Assembly (NCBI GenBank): GCA_965263295.1 | Contig: OZ253665.1 | Span: 1 to 64,000, forward strand | Origin: Spirochaetia bacterium | GTDB lineage: Bacteria; Spirochaetota; Spirochaetia; SP-2023 | Reading direction: 5' to 3' | DNA length: 64,000 nt | Part shown: piece after piece, positions 10,491 through 20,727 of the stretch | Position numbering within the stretch: position 1 is the stretch's first letter | Layout of the letters: the number at the start of each line of letters is the position of its first letter | Notes under the pieces: model-generated | What the model was told of the DNA's origin: nothing | What the model saw: only the letters and a program-made list of their open reading frames with translations | Database searches by the model: none | Made by a program: the position numbers and the translations under genes

Positions 10491-11726
10491 CTAGATTTGG
10501 ATTTCGGCCACACCGCCAGTGGCATCAGAGAGATAAAACTCTGGCTCCCAGCCAAACTGCTGCCGATAGGCACTGGCGATGCGTTGCTGCATTGGCTTTA
10601 ACAGCGCTTGATCGGCGGCCGCATCTCCACCGAGCTGTAACAGGGCGATACAACAACCGCCGAATCCAGCTCCAGTCATGCGCGCGCCCAACACGGCATT
10701 CTCGCTTTCGAGCAAGCTCACCAGGCTGTCTAGGTGCGGCCCACTGACTTCGTAGTCATTTTGTAACGATCGGTGCGAAGCTGTCAGCAATTTGCCCAGT
10801 TGGGCCCAGGCGCCCGCCCGCATGGCGGCGGCGGCGGCACGGGTGCGGCTGTTTTCAGTAACTGCGTGGCGCACTCGGTTTTGCAGTTTTGCACTATCGG
10901 CCAGAAAGTCGAGGGCGCGGGGCAGGTCGGTTTCTGAAATACCACACAGCTGGCTGATGTTGCGAAAATCTGGGGCCTGTTGCAAGATCTTCAGAGCTGC
11001 GGCACATTCGCTGCGGCGTTCGTTGTACCTGGATTCCTGTAGTTTGCGCGGCAGTTTGGTATTGGCGATAAGAAAGGCAGAGGTTCCCAGGCGCAACGGT
11101 ATCTGTTCGTAGTTCAAGGTGGCGCAGTCCAGATAGCAAGCCTTTTTTGCCTGGGCCACGGCAATGATAAACTGGTCCATAATTCCGCAGCGCATATCGC
11201 AGAATTCATTTTCGGCTTTTTGGGCGAGTGTGGCCAGGCGTTCGCGGCTCAGTTCCAGAGCGCTGTAACTCTGCAGAATGTAGCCCGTCAAGACTTCAAT
11301 TGAGGCCGAGGAGGAGAGGCCGGAGCCTCCGCTGGGCAGGTTCCCGAAAAATACAATGTCCAATCCGCAAGGCAGCTCCATTCCCTCTTGACGCAGCACC
11401 TCAACCATGCCGAGAACGTAGTTGCACCAACCCTGTTCTGCGCGGTAAGTCAGTTTGTCGCCCGCCATGGCAAAAGTCTGCGGTCCGCTTTCTTTGAAGT
11501 TGTGGGAGTACAAACGCAGGAGCCTGTCGCCGCGCGGAGCGACGGCGGCAGCCGTGCCCAGACTTATGGCACAGGGGAACACCTTGCCACCATTATAATC
11601 AATGTGCTCGCCAATGATGTTGATGCGCCCGGGAGCAAAAAAATATCTCTGCGCCGCCAGTTCATAATGCCGCTCAAATTGCTGTCGGCAGACTGCTGCC
11701 AGTTCTGCGCCTGAATTTTGTACCAT
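10491..11726 (-). CDS. galK: Galactokinase
   Basis: APGRINIIGEHIDYNGG, GSGLSSSAS, CGIMDQ, GARMTGAGFGG. Confidence 0.97.
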   Translation of the reverse strand: MVQNSGAELAAVCRQQFERHYELAAQRYFFAPGRINIIGEHIDYNGGKVFPCAISLGTAAAVAPRGDRLLRLYSHNFKESGPQTFAMAGDKLTYRAEQGWCNYVLGMVEVLRQEGMELPCGLDIVFFGNLPSGGSGLSSSASIEVLTGYILQSYSALELSRERLATLAQKAENEFCDMRCGIMDQFIIAVAQAKKACYLDCATLNYEQIPLRLGTSAFLIANTKLPRKLQESRYNERRSECAAALKILQQAPDFRNISQLCGISETDLPRALDFLADSAKLQNRVRHAVTENSRTRAAAAAMRAGAWAQLGKLLTASHRSLQNDYEVSGPHLDSLVSLLESENAVLGARMTGAGFGGCCIALLQLGGDAAADQALLKPMQQRIASAYRQQFGWEPEFYLSDATGGVAEIQI

Positions 11727-11929
11727 GCATTTTACCTTTGTTCTATGACCGCAGTATTTTGTGCCATAGTAATGAAATTTGTCAAGTATTCAATACGATA
11801 TGCGAGAATAATCACATACGGTGCTCCACTTGCAAAGCGCAATACGGCTAGCCTTCCGTATAAAAAAATACCCTGATATACGGAAGAAATTGGACGAGAT
11901 AACTAACTTTTGAATTACCTTAGCTTTAA

Positions 11930-12339
11930 AGGGAGGTATGAATAGCAAATTGCATGTTCTGAGCGATGGGGCAGGGCGCCCGCTCTAGCTGCATCTAACA
12001 GAAAGGCAGAGAATTGATTTCAAATGTGCGGATGTTTTGCTTTCTGAATTGCCGGCGGCGCAAGCTCTGATTGTGGCTTGAGGCTAAGATAGTTTTAGAG
12101 TAAGAAAAGTGCTTGCAGATAAGAATATTGCGAGTTGTATTCCCTGTCGCAAGAACCGTCAGGAGCCAATCGCATATTCTAAAACGAGTTATAAAAAGCA
12201 CCATAAAGTCGAGAATATTTTTGCAAAACTGGACATATGGCGCATTGCGATGCGATATGATCGTTGCGCACATACCTTCAAATCGGCAATTTACATTGTG
12301 CGACAATCGTCTTGTTCTGGATATGAATCATTAACCTAG
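11930..12339 (+). mobile_element. IS5-family transposase remnant (3' part)
   Basis: GGMNSKLHVLSDGAGRP and YKKHHKVENIFAKLDIWRIAMRYDRCAHTF fragments with stops and frameshifts; ends at CTAG. Confidence 0.85.
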
Positions 12340-12441
12340 AAGATAAATCCTAAATTTATTCATAATTTTTTCTCTACTATCGGTCTTTTCCCCGAATCAA
12401 AAGAGATTTTATCATAAAAATCCCATTAATTTTTTTTGCGC

Positions 12442-13353
12442 TCAGTTGATCAAAGTGTGCATCCCAACCACAGCGAGTGGCACCGTAATGATTGCCAATA
12501 ATGTGCTGACCATAACCGAAAATGCCGCCTTTTCAGGATGAACGCCCAGATTACTGGCTATCACGACGGTATTTGCCGCCATGGGAGAGGCCAGCATCAG
12601 GACAATAACCGCCAAGGTCTTTGGGGGAATCGTCGTCAGATGGCAAAAAAGGAATGAGGCAAGCAGCGGGTAGACACAATGCTTCCAGCCGATGGCTGCC
12701 AAAAGAAACGACCAGTCAACCCGTATTTTCTGATATGTGGCCAAAGTAATTCCGATCACCATCATGCCCAAGACACTGTAGGCCCCTTTAAAATTGGCCA
12801 GAGTCGAAAGCACAATTTCACCGGGGTCAAAGTCAAAGGACTTCAGCAGCATGCCGGCAATGGCGGCATAAATAGTCGGAAGCTTGGCGATGCGCCGCAG
12901 ACTCTCCCCCGCACTTGAAAAGACGCGGGCTGCAACAAAATAGCCGACAGTGAATTCGTAAAAATTGACTCCAATGATTATGAATACGGCAATAGCAACC
13001 TGATTTTCATCAAACAATGCAAAGGCGATAGGCAGCCCAAAATAGCCGGTATTTCCCGTGCCACCTGCGAATGAAAACAGGTTTACCCGAGCATCTTTCC
13101 ACAAGGCTGCGCCGACCAGGTATGCGGCGGCGGCAGAGGCGGAGGCGGTAAGCAAAGCCGCCAGGGAGTAACCCAGGTAAGACCATTTAGCCGGCGATTG
13201 AAGTATGGATATAAATATGACAAAAGGCGATATGATATAAATCAGGAGAGCCGAGATGCCGCGCGGCTGAATCTTAAGGGCAAAACCTGCAGTCCAGCCC
13301 AGTCCCGCCAGGAAAATCAGCGACAAAACTCGTATAAAAATTTCGATGGTCAT
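12442..13353 (-). CDS. AEC (auxin efflux carrier) family transporter
   Basis: GNTGYFGLP and ASPMAANT motifs, about 10 TMs. Confidence 0.88.
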   Translation of the reverse strand: MTIEIFIRVLSLIFLAGLGWTAGFALKIQPRGISALLIYIISPFVIFISILQSPAKWSYLGYSLAALLTASASAAAAYLVGAALWKDARVNLFSFAGGTGNTGYFGLPIAFALFDENQVAIAVFIIIGVNFYEFTVGYFVAARVFSSAGESLRRIAKLPTIYAAIAGMLLKSFDFDPGEIVLSTLANFKGAYSVLGMMVIGITLATYQKIRVDWSFLLAAIGWKHCVYPLLASFLFCHLTTIPPKTLAVIVLMLASPMAANTVVIASNLGVHPEKAAFSVMVSTLLAIITVPLAVVGMHTLIN

Positions 13354-13507
13354 GGCTATCGTCAGTCTTTAGGCCGCAGCAACGCAGCGGCATAGATTAT
13401 GCGAGAACCAGCACCTCCCAGATGATCTTTCTCTTAATCTTTCTCTGGACATGCAATCGGGGTCATGCAGCAAAAATTTTACTGAATACGCTAAGCTGCC
13501 GGCCCCC

Positions 13508-13544
13508 AAAATCAAGGCCCTAAAATCAAGGCCCTAAAATCAAG
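13508..13544. repeat. 14-bp tandem repeat (AAAATCAAGGCCCT, ~2.6 copies)
   Basis: Units begin at 13508, 13522 and 13536. Confidence 0.85.
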
Positions 13545-13923
13545 TTATCGGGCAAGCAGCCCGCATCTTGAAATGTCTGATTTCCGCACAGGGCTAGATG
13601 AATTAAAAAATTATTGTAAACAGAATGCCGGGGTTGTCAATTAAGTCGGCGAGAAAATCAATGAGGAAAGTAAATTGCGCGACTGAGTCGTGCCGCCATA
13701 ATTTTATATACTTTTCGCTATTATTTATTCGCCATGTTAAGGCCCGCTGGCCAAATGAGCTGCCCCCAAATGCAAGCTAAATTATCAGCCAGGCGCAAGG
13801 CTTTAAATACCGCACCTAGTTCTGCATCAGGGCTTGCAATATAATCTGATTTGCATTATCTTTTATGCTCAAAATTTAATCTGAAATAATTAAAGAATAA
13901 AGCTTTGTAGAGACTAAAATTAT

Positions 13924-14769
13924 ATGGATGTCGATGCAAATGATCGGATCAAGTCTGCAATCTTCGCGCAAGGTTTTGCGGCGATTAAGCATTGGCATGC
14001 TGCTGTCGTGCAGACTTTCACCGTTCTTGCCTTGCCTGTCTCCGCCGTAATCGTCTGGCAGGTCGGTTCAACTTATGGCTGGATTAACAACTATTTGTTC
14101 CCTCCTCCCTCTGAGGTGTGGATCGCGGCGGTGGACTTATGGGATAAAGGACTTTTGGCCAAACATTTACAGGTCAGTCTCGCGCGCGTACTGAGCGGCT
14201 TTACAATTTCTGCCGGCACGGCTCTTTTGTCGGCCGGATTAAATTTTCGCTTTCCCCTGCTTCGACGCATGACTTTCATTCCCCTGGAATCCGTTCGCAT
14301 TATTCCCCCTCTGGCTCTTGTGCCGGTGCTTATTCTATGGTTTGGCATTGGCGAAGGGTCAAAACTGGCCGTCATCATTCTCGCCAGTTTTTTCCCGATT
14401 TACCTCTCGACATTAACGGCCTTGCAGAACGTCGATCCGAAATTGCTACAAATGGCCCAGACACTCAATTTGAGCAAAGTGGACATGGTGCGTTTCGTCC
14501 TTATACCCGGTGCCAGTACCGGCCTAGCCACAGGTCTGCGGCTCGGATTTGCCTATGCCTGGCGCGCCCTTGTCGGTGCTGAAATGATTGCCGCCAGCGC
14601 GGGCCTCGGCTATTTGATTCTCGATTCCGAAGAGCTGGCGCGCACCGACCGGATCTTCGTCGGCATTATCGCGATAGCGCTTACCGGCATGTTGCTCGAT
14701 GCGGTTTTCCGCCATTTGCTGCCGTCCGAGTCCGATGGCAGACGGCAAATTTTGAAAGGGATCTTGTGA
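13924..14769 (+). CDS. ABC transporter permease, SsuC/TauC-like
   Basis: IPPLALVPVLILWFGIGE; WRALVGAEMIAASAGLGY. Confidence 0.9.
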   Translation: MDVDANDRIKSAIFAQGFAAIKHWHAAVVQTFTVLALPVSAVIVWQVGSTYGWINNYLFPPPSEVWIAAVDLWDKGLLAKHLQVSLARVLSGFTISAGTALLSAGLNFRFPLLRRMTFIPLESVRIIPPLALVPVLILWFGIGEGSKLAVIILASFFPIYLSTLTALQNVDPKLLQMAQTLNLSKVDMVRFVLIPGASTGLATGLRLGFAYAWRALVGAEMIAASAGLGYLILDSEELARTDRIFVGIIAIALTGMLLDAVFRHLLPSESDGRRQILKGIL

Positions 14770-15575
14770 TGATCCGATCAAATTCAGAGCCGATATCGCA
14801 TTCTGATATCCGTGTCCGCGGACTCCGCAAATATTTTGACGCAGCGGAACCCGCCGCGGGTTCCGCCAAAGTTTTAAAAGTCATTGACGATTTGTCGTTG
14901 AATATCAACAAAGGTGAAATTGTCGCTCTCACAGGCCGCTCAGGTTGCGGCAAGACCACTCTTTTGCATTGCCTCGCCGGATTGCTTGCTCCCGATGGCG
15001 GCGAGATAAGTCCGGTTGAGCTGCCCCGGCATTGCGCAGTAGTGTTTCAGGACTGTCGCTTGCTGCCGTGGGCAAGCCTGGAGAAGAATCTGATGCTAGC
15101 GCTGCAATCGCGTACCGATCTTCCCAAATCAGTCAAGCAAAAACGTGTCGCCGGCATGCACAAGGAGCTAGGTTTGTCCCGTTTCGCCGCCACCAAAGCA
15201 TCCCTGCTTTCCGGTGGCATGGCACAAAGGGCCGCACTGGGGCGAGCCTTGCTGCAAGAGCCTGTATTGCTCCTGATGGACGAGCCCTTTGCTTCGCTGG
15301 ATGCGCTGACCCGCAGGGATATGCAAGATATGCTGCTTTCCCTCCACGCCCAAAAAATCCAGACTATTCTTTTTGTCACACACGATTTAACAGAAGCAGT
15401 CCAGCTGGCGGATCGGGTATTGGTTATGGCAAGTGGGCGCATTCGCGCGGATTGCCGGATAGCCGCGACCAAACCTCGCGACCCTGAGAATCGCGATATT
15501 CTCGATATCCGACGACATCTGCGGCGATTGGTAATGAGTCTTCCCGATATACCTTCATCACAGCCAGGTTCGTGA
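14766..15575 (+). CDS. ABC transporter ATP-binding protein, SsuB/TauB-like
   Basis: GRSGCGKT, LSGGM, LLLMDEPF, VTHD. Confidence 0.92.
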   Translation: MMIRSNSEPISHSDIRVRGLRKYFDAAEPAAGSAKVLKVIDDLSLNINKGEIVALTGRSGCGKTTLLHCLAGLLAPDGGEISPVELPRHCAVVFQDCRLLPWASLEKNLMLALQSRTDLPKSVKQKRVAGMHKELGLSRFAATKASLLSGGMAQRAALGRALLQEPVLLLMDEPFASLDALTRRDMQDMLLSLHAQKIQTILFVTHDLTEAVQLADRVLVMASGRIRADCRIAATKPRDPENRDILDIRRHLRRLVMSLPDIPSSQPGS

Positions 15576-15641
15576 TATTGATGACAAAAAATTATCAATG
15601 TTAAAAAATATGCAAAATATGATTTTAAATGGAGCTAAGAT

Positions 15642-16595
15642 ATGTTTTCAAGATTTGCGATAATTTTTGCGTTGTTTACAACAAGCGTTTCATTCACAAT
15701 AAGCCCAACCTTTGCCGACGTCCCGCGGGAAATCAATGTTTCCTATGTGACCTCACCCTTCAATCTGCAAGTCATGGTAACCAAACTGCAGGGGCGCCTT
15801 GAGAAGGAGTTCAAGAAAGACGGAATCAGAATCAATTGGCATGAAATAACGTCCGGCGCCAAACAAGCTCAGGCTATGGCCGCAGGTTCTCTCGATTTCG
15901 GCATGGTCATGAACTCTACATCCGTGCTTATGGCCAATGCCGCGGGCAATCCGCTTATTATCGTATCCGCTGTATCCCGTCCTTCGCAAACCTTTGCAAT
16001 TGTCGCGGGAGAAAATGGTCCCCGGACCATCGCTGATCTGAAGGGTAAAACTGTCGCCGGTCCCAAGGGAACCGTACTGCATCAAATGCTGCTTGCAGCC
16101 CTTCAAAAGGCAGGGCTCAGACAAAGCGATGTCCAATTTTTCTCCATGGGACTACCTAAAGCGCGCGCGGCCATGCTCTCTGGTGACGTCGATGCCGCAT
16201 TGCTGGCCGCTTCGCTCGTTATCCGGTCTCTTGCAGAAGGCGCTCACGTGATTGCAACCGCAGAAGGCCTCGTAACCCCGAAGCTGGTTTTGGCCGCACG
16301 CGGCGACTTCGTGGCGCAGCATCCCAATCTGGTGGCGCGCGTTGTTAAGGTGCACAAGGAAGCCCAAGTATATATTGATGAAAACCGGTCCGAAGCGATT
16401 GCCATGGGAGCCAAAGAGAAAAATATCTCCGTTGCGGACGCCAGCAAGCTGGCCGAATGGGCAGATTTTACCACGAGTCTCACCCCAGAAGATTTGCAGA
16501 GCATGGAGGCTGATATGGATTTTCTTATTGCCAACGATCTCATTAAGAAAGCCGTTGATCTAAATGATGTGGTTGCGCCGAGCGCCATTGAGTAA
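15642..16595 (+). CDS. ABC substrate-binding protein, SsuA/NrtA-like
   Basis: Signal peptide; DLKGKTVAGPKGT pattern; operonic with the permease and ATPase. Confidence 0.88.
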   Translation: MFSRFAIIFALFTTSVSFTISPTFADVPREINVSYVTSPFNLQVMVTKLQGRLEKEFKKDGIRINWHEITSGAKQAQAMAAGSLDFGMVMNSTSVLMANAAGNPLIIVSAVSRPSQTFAIVAGENGPRTIADLKGKTVAGPKGTVLHQMLLAALQKAGLRQSDVQFFSMGLPKARAAMLSGDVDAALLAASLVIRSLAEGAHVIATAEGLVTPKLVLAARGDFVAQHPNLVARVVKVHKEAQVYIDENRSEAIAMGAKEKNISVADASKLAEWADFTTSLTPEDLQSMEADMDFLIANDLIKKAVDLNDVVAPSAIE

Positions 16596-16648
16596 CCGAG
16601 ATATTCAGTTTGGGGTTACGATTCCGAATCGCGGTCATGTACAACTGA

Positions 16649-16700
16649 CACGCGACAGGATCAAAGCCAGGCGCAAGCCTGGCTTTGATCCTGTCGCGTG
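16649..16700. terminator. Perfect 24-bp inverted repeat with GCAA loop, possible terminator between convergent genes
   Basis: CACGCGACAGGATCAAAGCCAGGC-GCAA-GCCTGGCTTTGATCCTGTCGCGTG; no U-tract. Confidence 0.6.
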
Positions 16701-16874
16701 AACTCGTGGCAATATAGCAAAGAAATTTACAAACGACGTAATAAAATTGAGCGTCTTTTCACAGATTAAAGGAGTTTAGACGCACATTTTCACGTTTTGA
16801 AAAACTTGATAATGTTCAAAGCATTCATAGAATTTGCTCTTATCATTGCTATGACTAATGTCAAGGCGCCCTAA
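16701..16874 (+). mobile_element. IS5-family transposase 3'-end remnant
   Basis: Across two frameshifts it reads WQYSKEIYKRRNKIERL / HRLKEFRRTFSRFEKLD / MFKAFIEFALIIAMTNVKAP*; ends GTCAAGGCGCCC-TAA. Confidence 0.8.
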
Positions 16875-18185
16875 TTTATGCTCTTCTTTTCTAAACCCTG
16901 TCAAAGTAATAATTCTAGGCTTGGATTCAGTATCTGCATGATTAGAAATGGTGATCTTTAAAGTACCCTCAGCATCAGCTTCAAGTTCAATATCATCATC
17001 TTCTAAAAAGCTTAAACCAAGAATATTTCTAATAATACGTCCAATTTCATCTTTTGTTACCGCACTTGGGACTCTTTTCCTGTCAATTGAGACAAAATTT
17101 CTTGCACTCAAATCTTTGAAAGCTTCTTCATCAATGTCAATTATTTTAACATTGTTGTCGGTGTCTCTACAAAGATCAAGGAATAAATTATGTGATATGT
17201 CCAATGATTTAATTTTTTCATTATCATTACATTGTAAACATCGGAGACGAGGATTCCCTCTTAAATCTAGTTTTTCAAGTTTATTATTGTTAGCTATCAA
17301 AAAATTTAGCTTAGTATTCTTTGATAAGTTGATCTCTCTAATTAAATTATTATTACAATTCAGAGTGATAAGCTTCTCATTTTTTTCCATGTTCAATTCT
17401 TCAAGTTTATTATTTGCACATTTTAAAGTATTCAAATTTCCATTTTTTCTTAAATCCAATTTTGTAATTAAATTAAAGCTACAATTCAAAGTCTCCAAGA
17501 TTTTATTTTTGCTTAAATCCAATTCTTTAAGTTCATTATTCACGCAATTAAGATCTTTCAAATTAGTAAAATATTGAATACCTTGCAGTGATTTTATGCG
17601 TTTTTTTTGCACATTTATGTCATCTAAATTTATTACATATAATGAATAGGCGTCCATCACATCAGTCCCGTAATGAAACGCCGCCGGTATTTTATACTGT
17701 AAATATGCCCTGAAATTATCATCGGGAATGTACACCGGCAGGCCATTATAATGCATGTTCAATGTAATAGTCTTTTCTTTCGCCCAGTCATACCCGGTCA
17801 GTTTCCTCATGTCGCGGGCGGAAATTGGGATTACAATTTGTTCGGGTCGAGGGGTCGCAAAATCATAAACTGAGCTTAAAATATTCCTAAATTGTTTCTT
17901 ACAAATTATCTCTTCATCATTTAATAAATTACGAATACCTGGCGTCTTTTGGGCTGCCTCAAAAAACTCATGTACAACCTTATCTATATTAATATCTTCA
18001 TTTTCAAAATAAGTCTCTAAAGTATCTGGTACCATGTCCATGAAACTCGATCGGGGAGTCGGTTTAGGATCGTTAAAATCTTCGACGTGGCAAGAGAATA
18101 TTAGGCCAGTCAGTAGAACTGATATATATATATATATATATATATCATTATTTAGAAAAAACTTTTTCTTAATTGTGTTTTTCAT
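16776..18185 (-). CDS. Leucine-rich-repeat lipoprotein (internalin-like 21-aa LRRs)
   Basis: Lipobox-like LIFSC; IPDDNFRAYL cap; repeated LxxLNCxxNxLxxLDLxKN; AT-rich; ATG at 18185 after GAGG. Confidence 0.85.
   Translation of the reverse strand: MKNTIKKKFFLNNDIYIYIYISVLLTGLIFSCHVEDFNDPKPTPRSSFMDMVPDTLETYFENEDINIDKVVHEFFEAAQKTPGIRNLLNDEEIICKKQFRNILSSVYDFATPRPEQIVIPISARDMRKLTGYDWAKEKTITLNMHYNGLPVYIPDDNFRAYLQYKIPAAFHYGTDVMDAYSLYVINLDDINVQKKRIKSLQGIQYFTNLKDLNCVNNELKELDLSKNKILETLNCSFNLITKLDLRKNGNLNTLKCANNKLEELNMEKNEKLITLNCNNNLIREINLSKNTKLNFLIANNNKLEKLDLRGNPRLRCLQCNDNEKIKSLDISHNLFLDLCRDTDNNVKIIDIDEEAFKDLSARNFVSIDRKRVPSAVTKDEIGRIIRNILGLSFLEDDDIELEADAEGTLKITISNHADTESKPRIITLTGFRKEEHKLGRLDISHSNDKSKFYECFEHYQVFQNVKMCV
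18122..18145. repeat. (AT)12 microsatellite in the LRR signal peptide
   Basis: Directly visible; encodes IYIYIYI. Confidence 0.95.
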
Positions 18186-18394
18186 TATGAAATTCCTCAA
18201 AATTAAATATAAAAAATTAAAAAAATAAATTACCTAAACGATTTCGGGCTTATCCATAAATTCGTTTCTAAGAATTGGCGCTGTGGCAAACGGGCACAAA
18301 AAAATTGCTTTTAACTAATCATCACCCCCTTTTATCGCCACCCCATATCGGTGTACAAGAATTTACGATACAAATCTTATATTTATTCTTTAAT

Positions 18395-18445
18395 AATTCA
18401 ATTATCTTGATAAAAAAATGATTTTTTTATCAAGATAATTGAATT
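18395..18445. repeat. Perfect 25-bp inverted repeat with 1-nt spacer
   Basis: AATTCAATTATCTTGATAAAAAAAT-G-ATTTTTTTATCAAGATAATTGAATT. Confidence 0.9.
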
Positions 18446-18586
18446 TCCAAACGGTATTTTAACTTCGTGTCTTTGACTTCGCCGTCCAACAGGATTTTAA
18501 CCGCCAGACTAGTTGCCCACCATTTTAACGGAGAAGCTTGTCAGGCCGACAAATGCCTGCTTTGGGGAACGAGAAGAGCTTTTGCA

Positions 18587-19648
18587 TCAAAAAAGCGCTG
18601 GCTGACGAGGCCTCCTCGTCAGCGCCTGCAGCCCCGAATAAGTGACACCGACCAGCCGCACCGGGAGATGTTGTGGGGTATCGGCATAGAGCAAATGAAT
18701 CCAGTCATGTGCGCTTTCGGCATCGGGAAAAGGTTCCTCAATACTGCGAGTGCGAGTGATCTGGCTGAAATCGCGGTATTTGATTTTGATGGTCAATGTG
18801 CGTGCGCCTAGGCTTTTATCCGCCATTGCGGCAAAGGCGCTCCGATTCTGCTGGAACAGCGCGGCGAGAATCTCGCCACTGTCGCTGAGATCATTTACAA
18901 AGGTGAGCTCCGAACCGACGGATTTGCGCACGCGAGAGGGTGTAACTTCGCGCAGATCGACGCCGTGGGCAACCTGATGATAAAACTTGCCGCGTTTGCC
19001 GAAATGCTGGGTCAAAATCGCTTCCCGAGCAGCGCGTAAATCGGCGCCGGTGTGGATACCCAGGGCATTGAGGCGGGCGGCGGTCGCCTTGCCGATTCCG
19101 TGGAATCTGGCGACCGGCAAGTGGCCTATGAACGCATCCGCCGCCTCTGGTGGGATGACGGCGATCCCGTTGGGCTTGTTTAGGTCCGAGGCGATTTTAG
19201 CGAGCATTTTGTTGTAGGAAATACCCGCGGAAGCAGTCAGACCGGTCTCGCGGTAGATTGCCGCCCGCAGCGCTTCGGCGATACGGGTGGCGGATCCACG
19301 GAAAAGCCGGCTTGCGCTGACATCAAGATAAGCTTCATCGAGTGACAGTGGCTCTATTGTTTCGCTGAAGCGGCACATGATCGCGCATATCTCCACGCTT
19401 GCCCGGCGATAAACGGCAAAACGGGGACGCAAAAAAATACCATTCGGGCAAAGCTTTCTCGCTTGCGCAGCAGGCATTGCCGAATGCACACCCAGACGTC
19501 TGGCTTCATAACTACACGTCGAAACGACCCCGCGGGCACTCGGATCACCGCCGACGATCACCGGTTTACCGCGCAGGGCCGGATTGTCGCGCTGCTCGAC
19601 TGCGGCAAAGAATGCGTCCATGTCGAGATGGATGATTTTACGCGTCAT
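18587..19648 (-). CDS. dinB: DNA polymerase IV
   Basis: HLDMDAFFAAVEQRD, SYEAR, SLDEAYLD, KIASDLNKPNG. Confidence 0.97.
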   Translation of the reverse strand: MTRKIIHLDMDAFFAAVEQRDNPALRGKPVIVGGDPSARGVVSTCSYEARRLGVHSAMPAAQARKLCPNGIFLRPRFAVYRRASVEICAIMCRFSETIEPLSLDEAYLDVSASRLFRGSATRIAEALRAAIYRETGLTASAGISYNKMLAKIASDLNKPNGIAVIPPEAADAFIGHLPVARFHGIGKATAARLNALGIHTGADLRAAREAILTQHFGKRGKFYHQVAHGVDLREVTPSRVRKSVGSELTFVNDLSDSGEILAALFQQNRSAFAAMADKSLGARTLTIKIKYRDFSQITRTRSIEEPFPDAESAHDWIHLLYADTPQHLPVRLVGVTYSGLQALTRRPRQPALF

Positions 19649-20727
19649 ACCCGAACAAAAAAAACAAACCAGAGTCCTGCAATATGGCGATAATTTTTAA
19701 CCGCCTGATGCCAATTAAACACGGCCCTTGTCGCATCCGTTTGGCGTAGAAATATTGGGCACGATATGCCTTTCCATCCCGGCAGCTGAAACCAAAAATG
19801 GTGATTGAAATTGGCACAAAATCAACGAGGTGGTTTATGGAGGCATTTCTGCATTGCCGTCTTGAGTCGGTCGCTAATCATCTGATGGATAAATCAAATA
19901 ATTAGCGACAGTCATATGAAACAAAATAAGAACGTTAGCGTATATTTTCTCGCAGTAGACATTGCGAGTCAAGAACCCGACAAATTCATTCTGGGACTTT
20001 CGGAAAGTTTGAGGGCAAATACGGGTGGCTTCCCCCTCGGTATTTTTAGCAAGTTTGCCCGACTCAAAATATTGCTAATATCAAATTAATACTTACAAAA
20101 CTTGGCGATCTCATCGACACCGCCGAGAGAAAAATGAGACGCCGACCTGAACCCGATTCTTGAGCCACATGTGATTAAAGTTGAATCAGATAATTGGCCT
20201 TCAATACCTTTGGTTTTGCCCCGGTTTTGCGCCGTGTTTCCTCCCCCCTTGGAAGTCGCCTTGGGCAATCTTTGACAGGGAGGAACAAAACAGCTATACT
20301 TTTATTGCCTATCTTGTATAGGTGGCGGTTGCAGCTTGCTGTCGGCATTGGTTCTGCCGGTTCGGGAGTACATGCCTCTCTCCCGGACAGCCGTCTTTTG
20401 TAATGTTTCAACTCTTTGTTCCAGAATGCGGAATTAGGCACCTGTACCTCGGCCTTTTGGGCGTAGTTAGCCCTATCTATAATTCTACCCTGTTGCTCTT
20501 TTACATCTGCCAGGATTTTTGCTTTGCGAGTGGCGATCGACTCGTCAATGTCCTGATATCTGGCGTGTTTTTCCTGCTGGGTTAGCTCGCTGCCGCGATT
20601 TTTACTGGTGCCGAATTTTCAGAGGGAACCCAATAGCAGGCAAACCTCTATTGGTTGACAATCTAGGCTCAGGAACCATTGACTTCAGGAAAGCAAAGTA
20701 GAAATATCTCTAAAATAGAGCCTCCCC

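Noticed and set aside
16948..17577. 209-aa plus-strand ORF
   Set aside because: Antisense shadow of the repetitive AT-rich LRR gene.
19649..19680. LexA box upstream of dinB (CGAAC followed by an A-run)
   Set aside because: No second half-site at the spacing of known SOS boxes.
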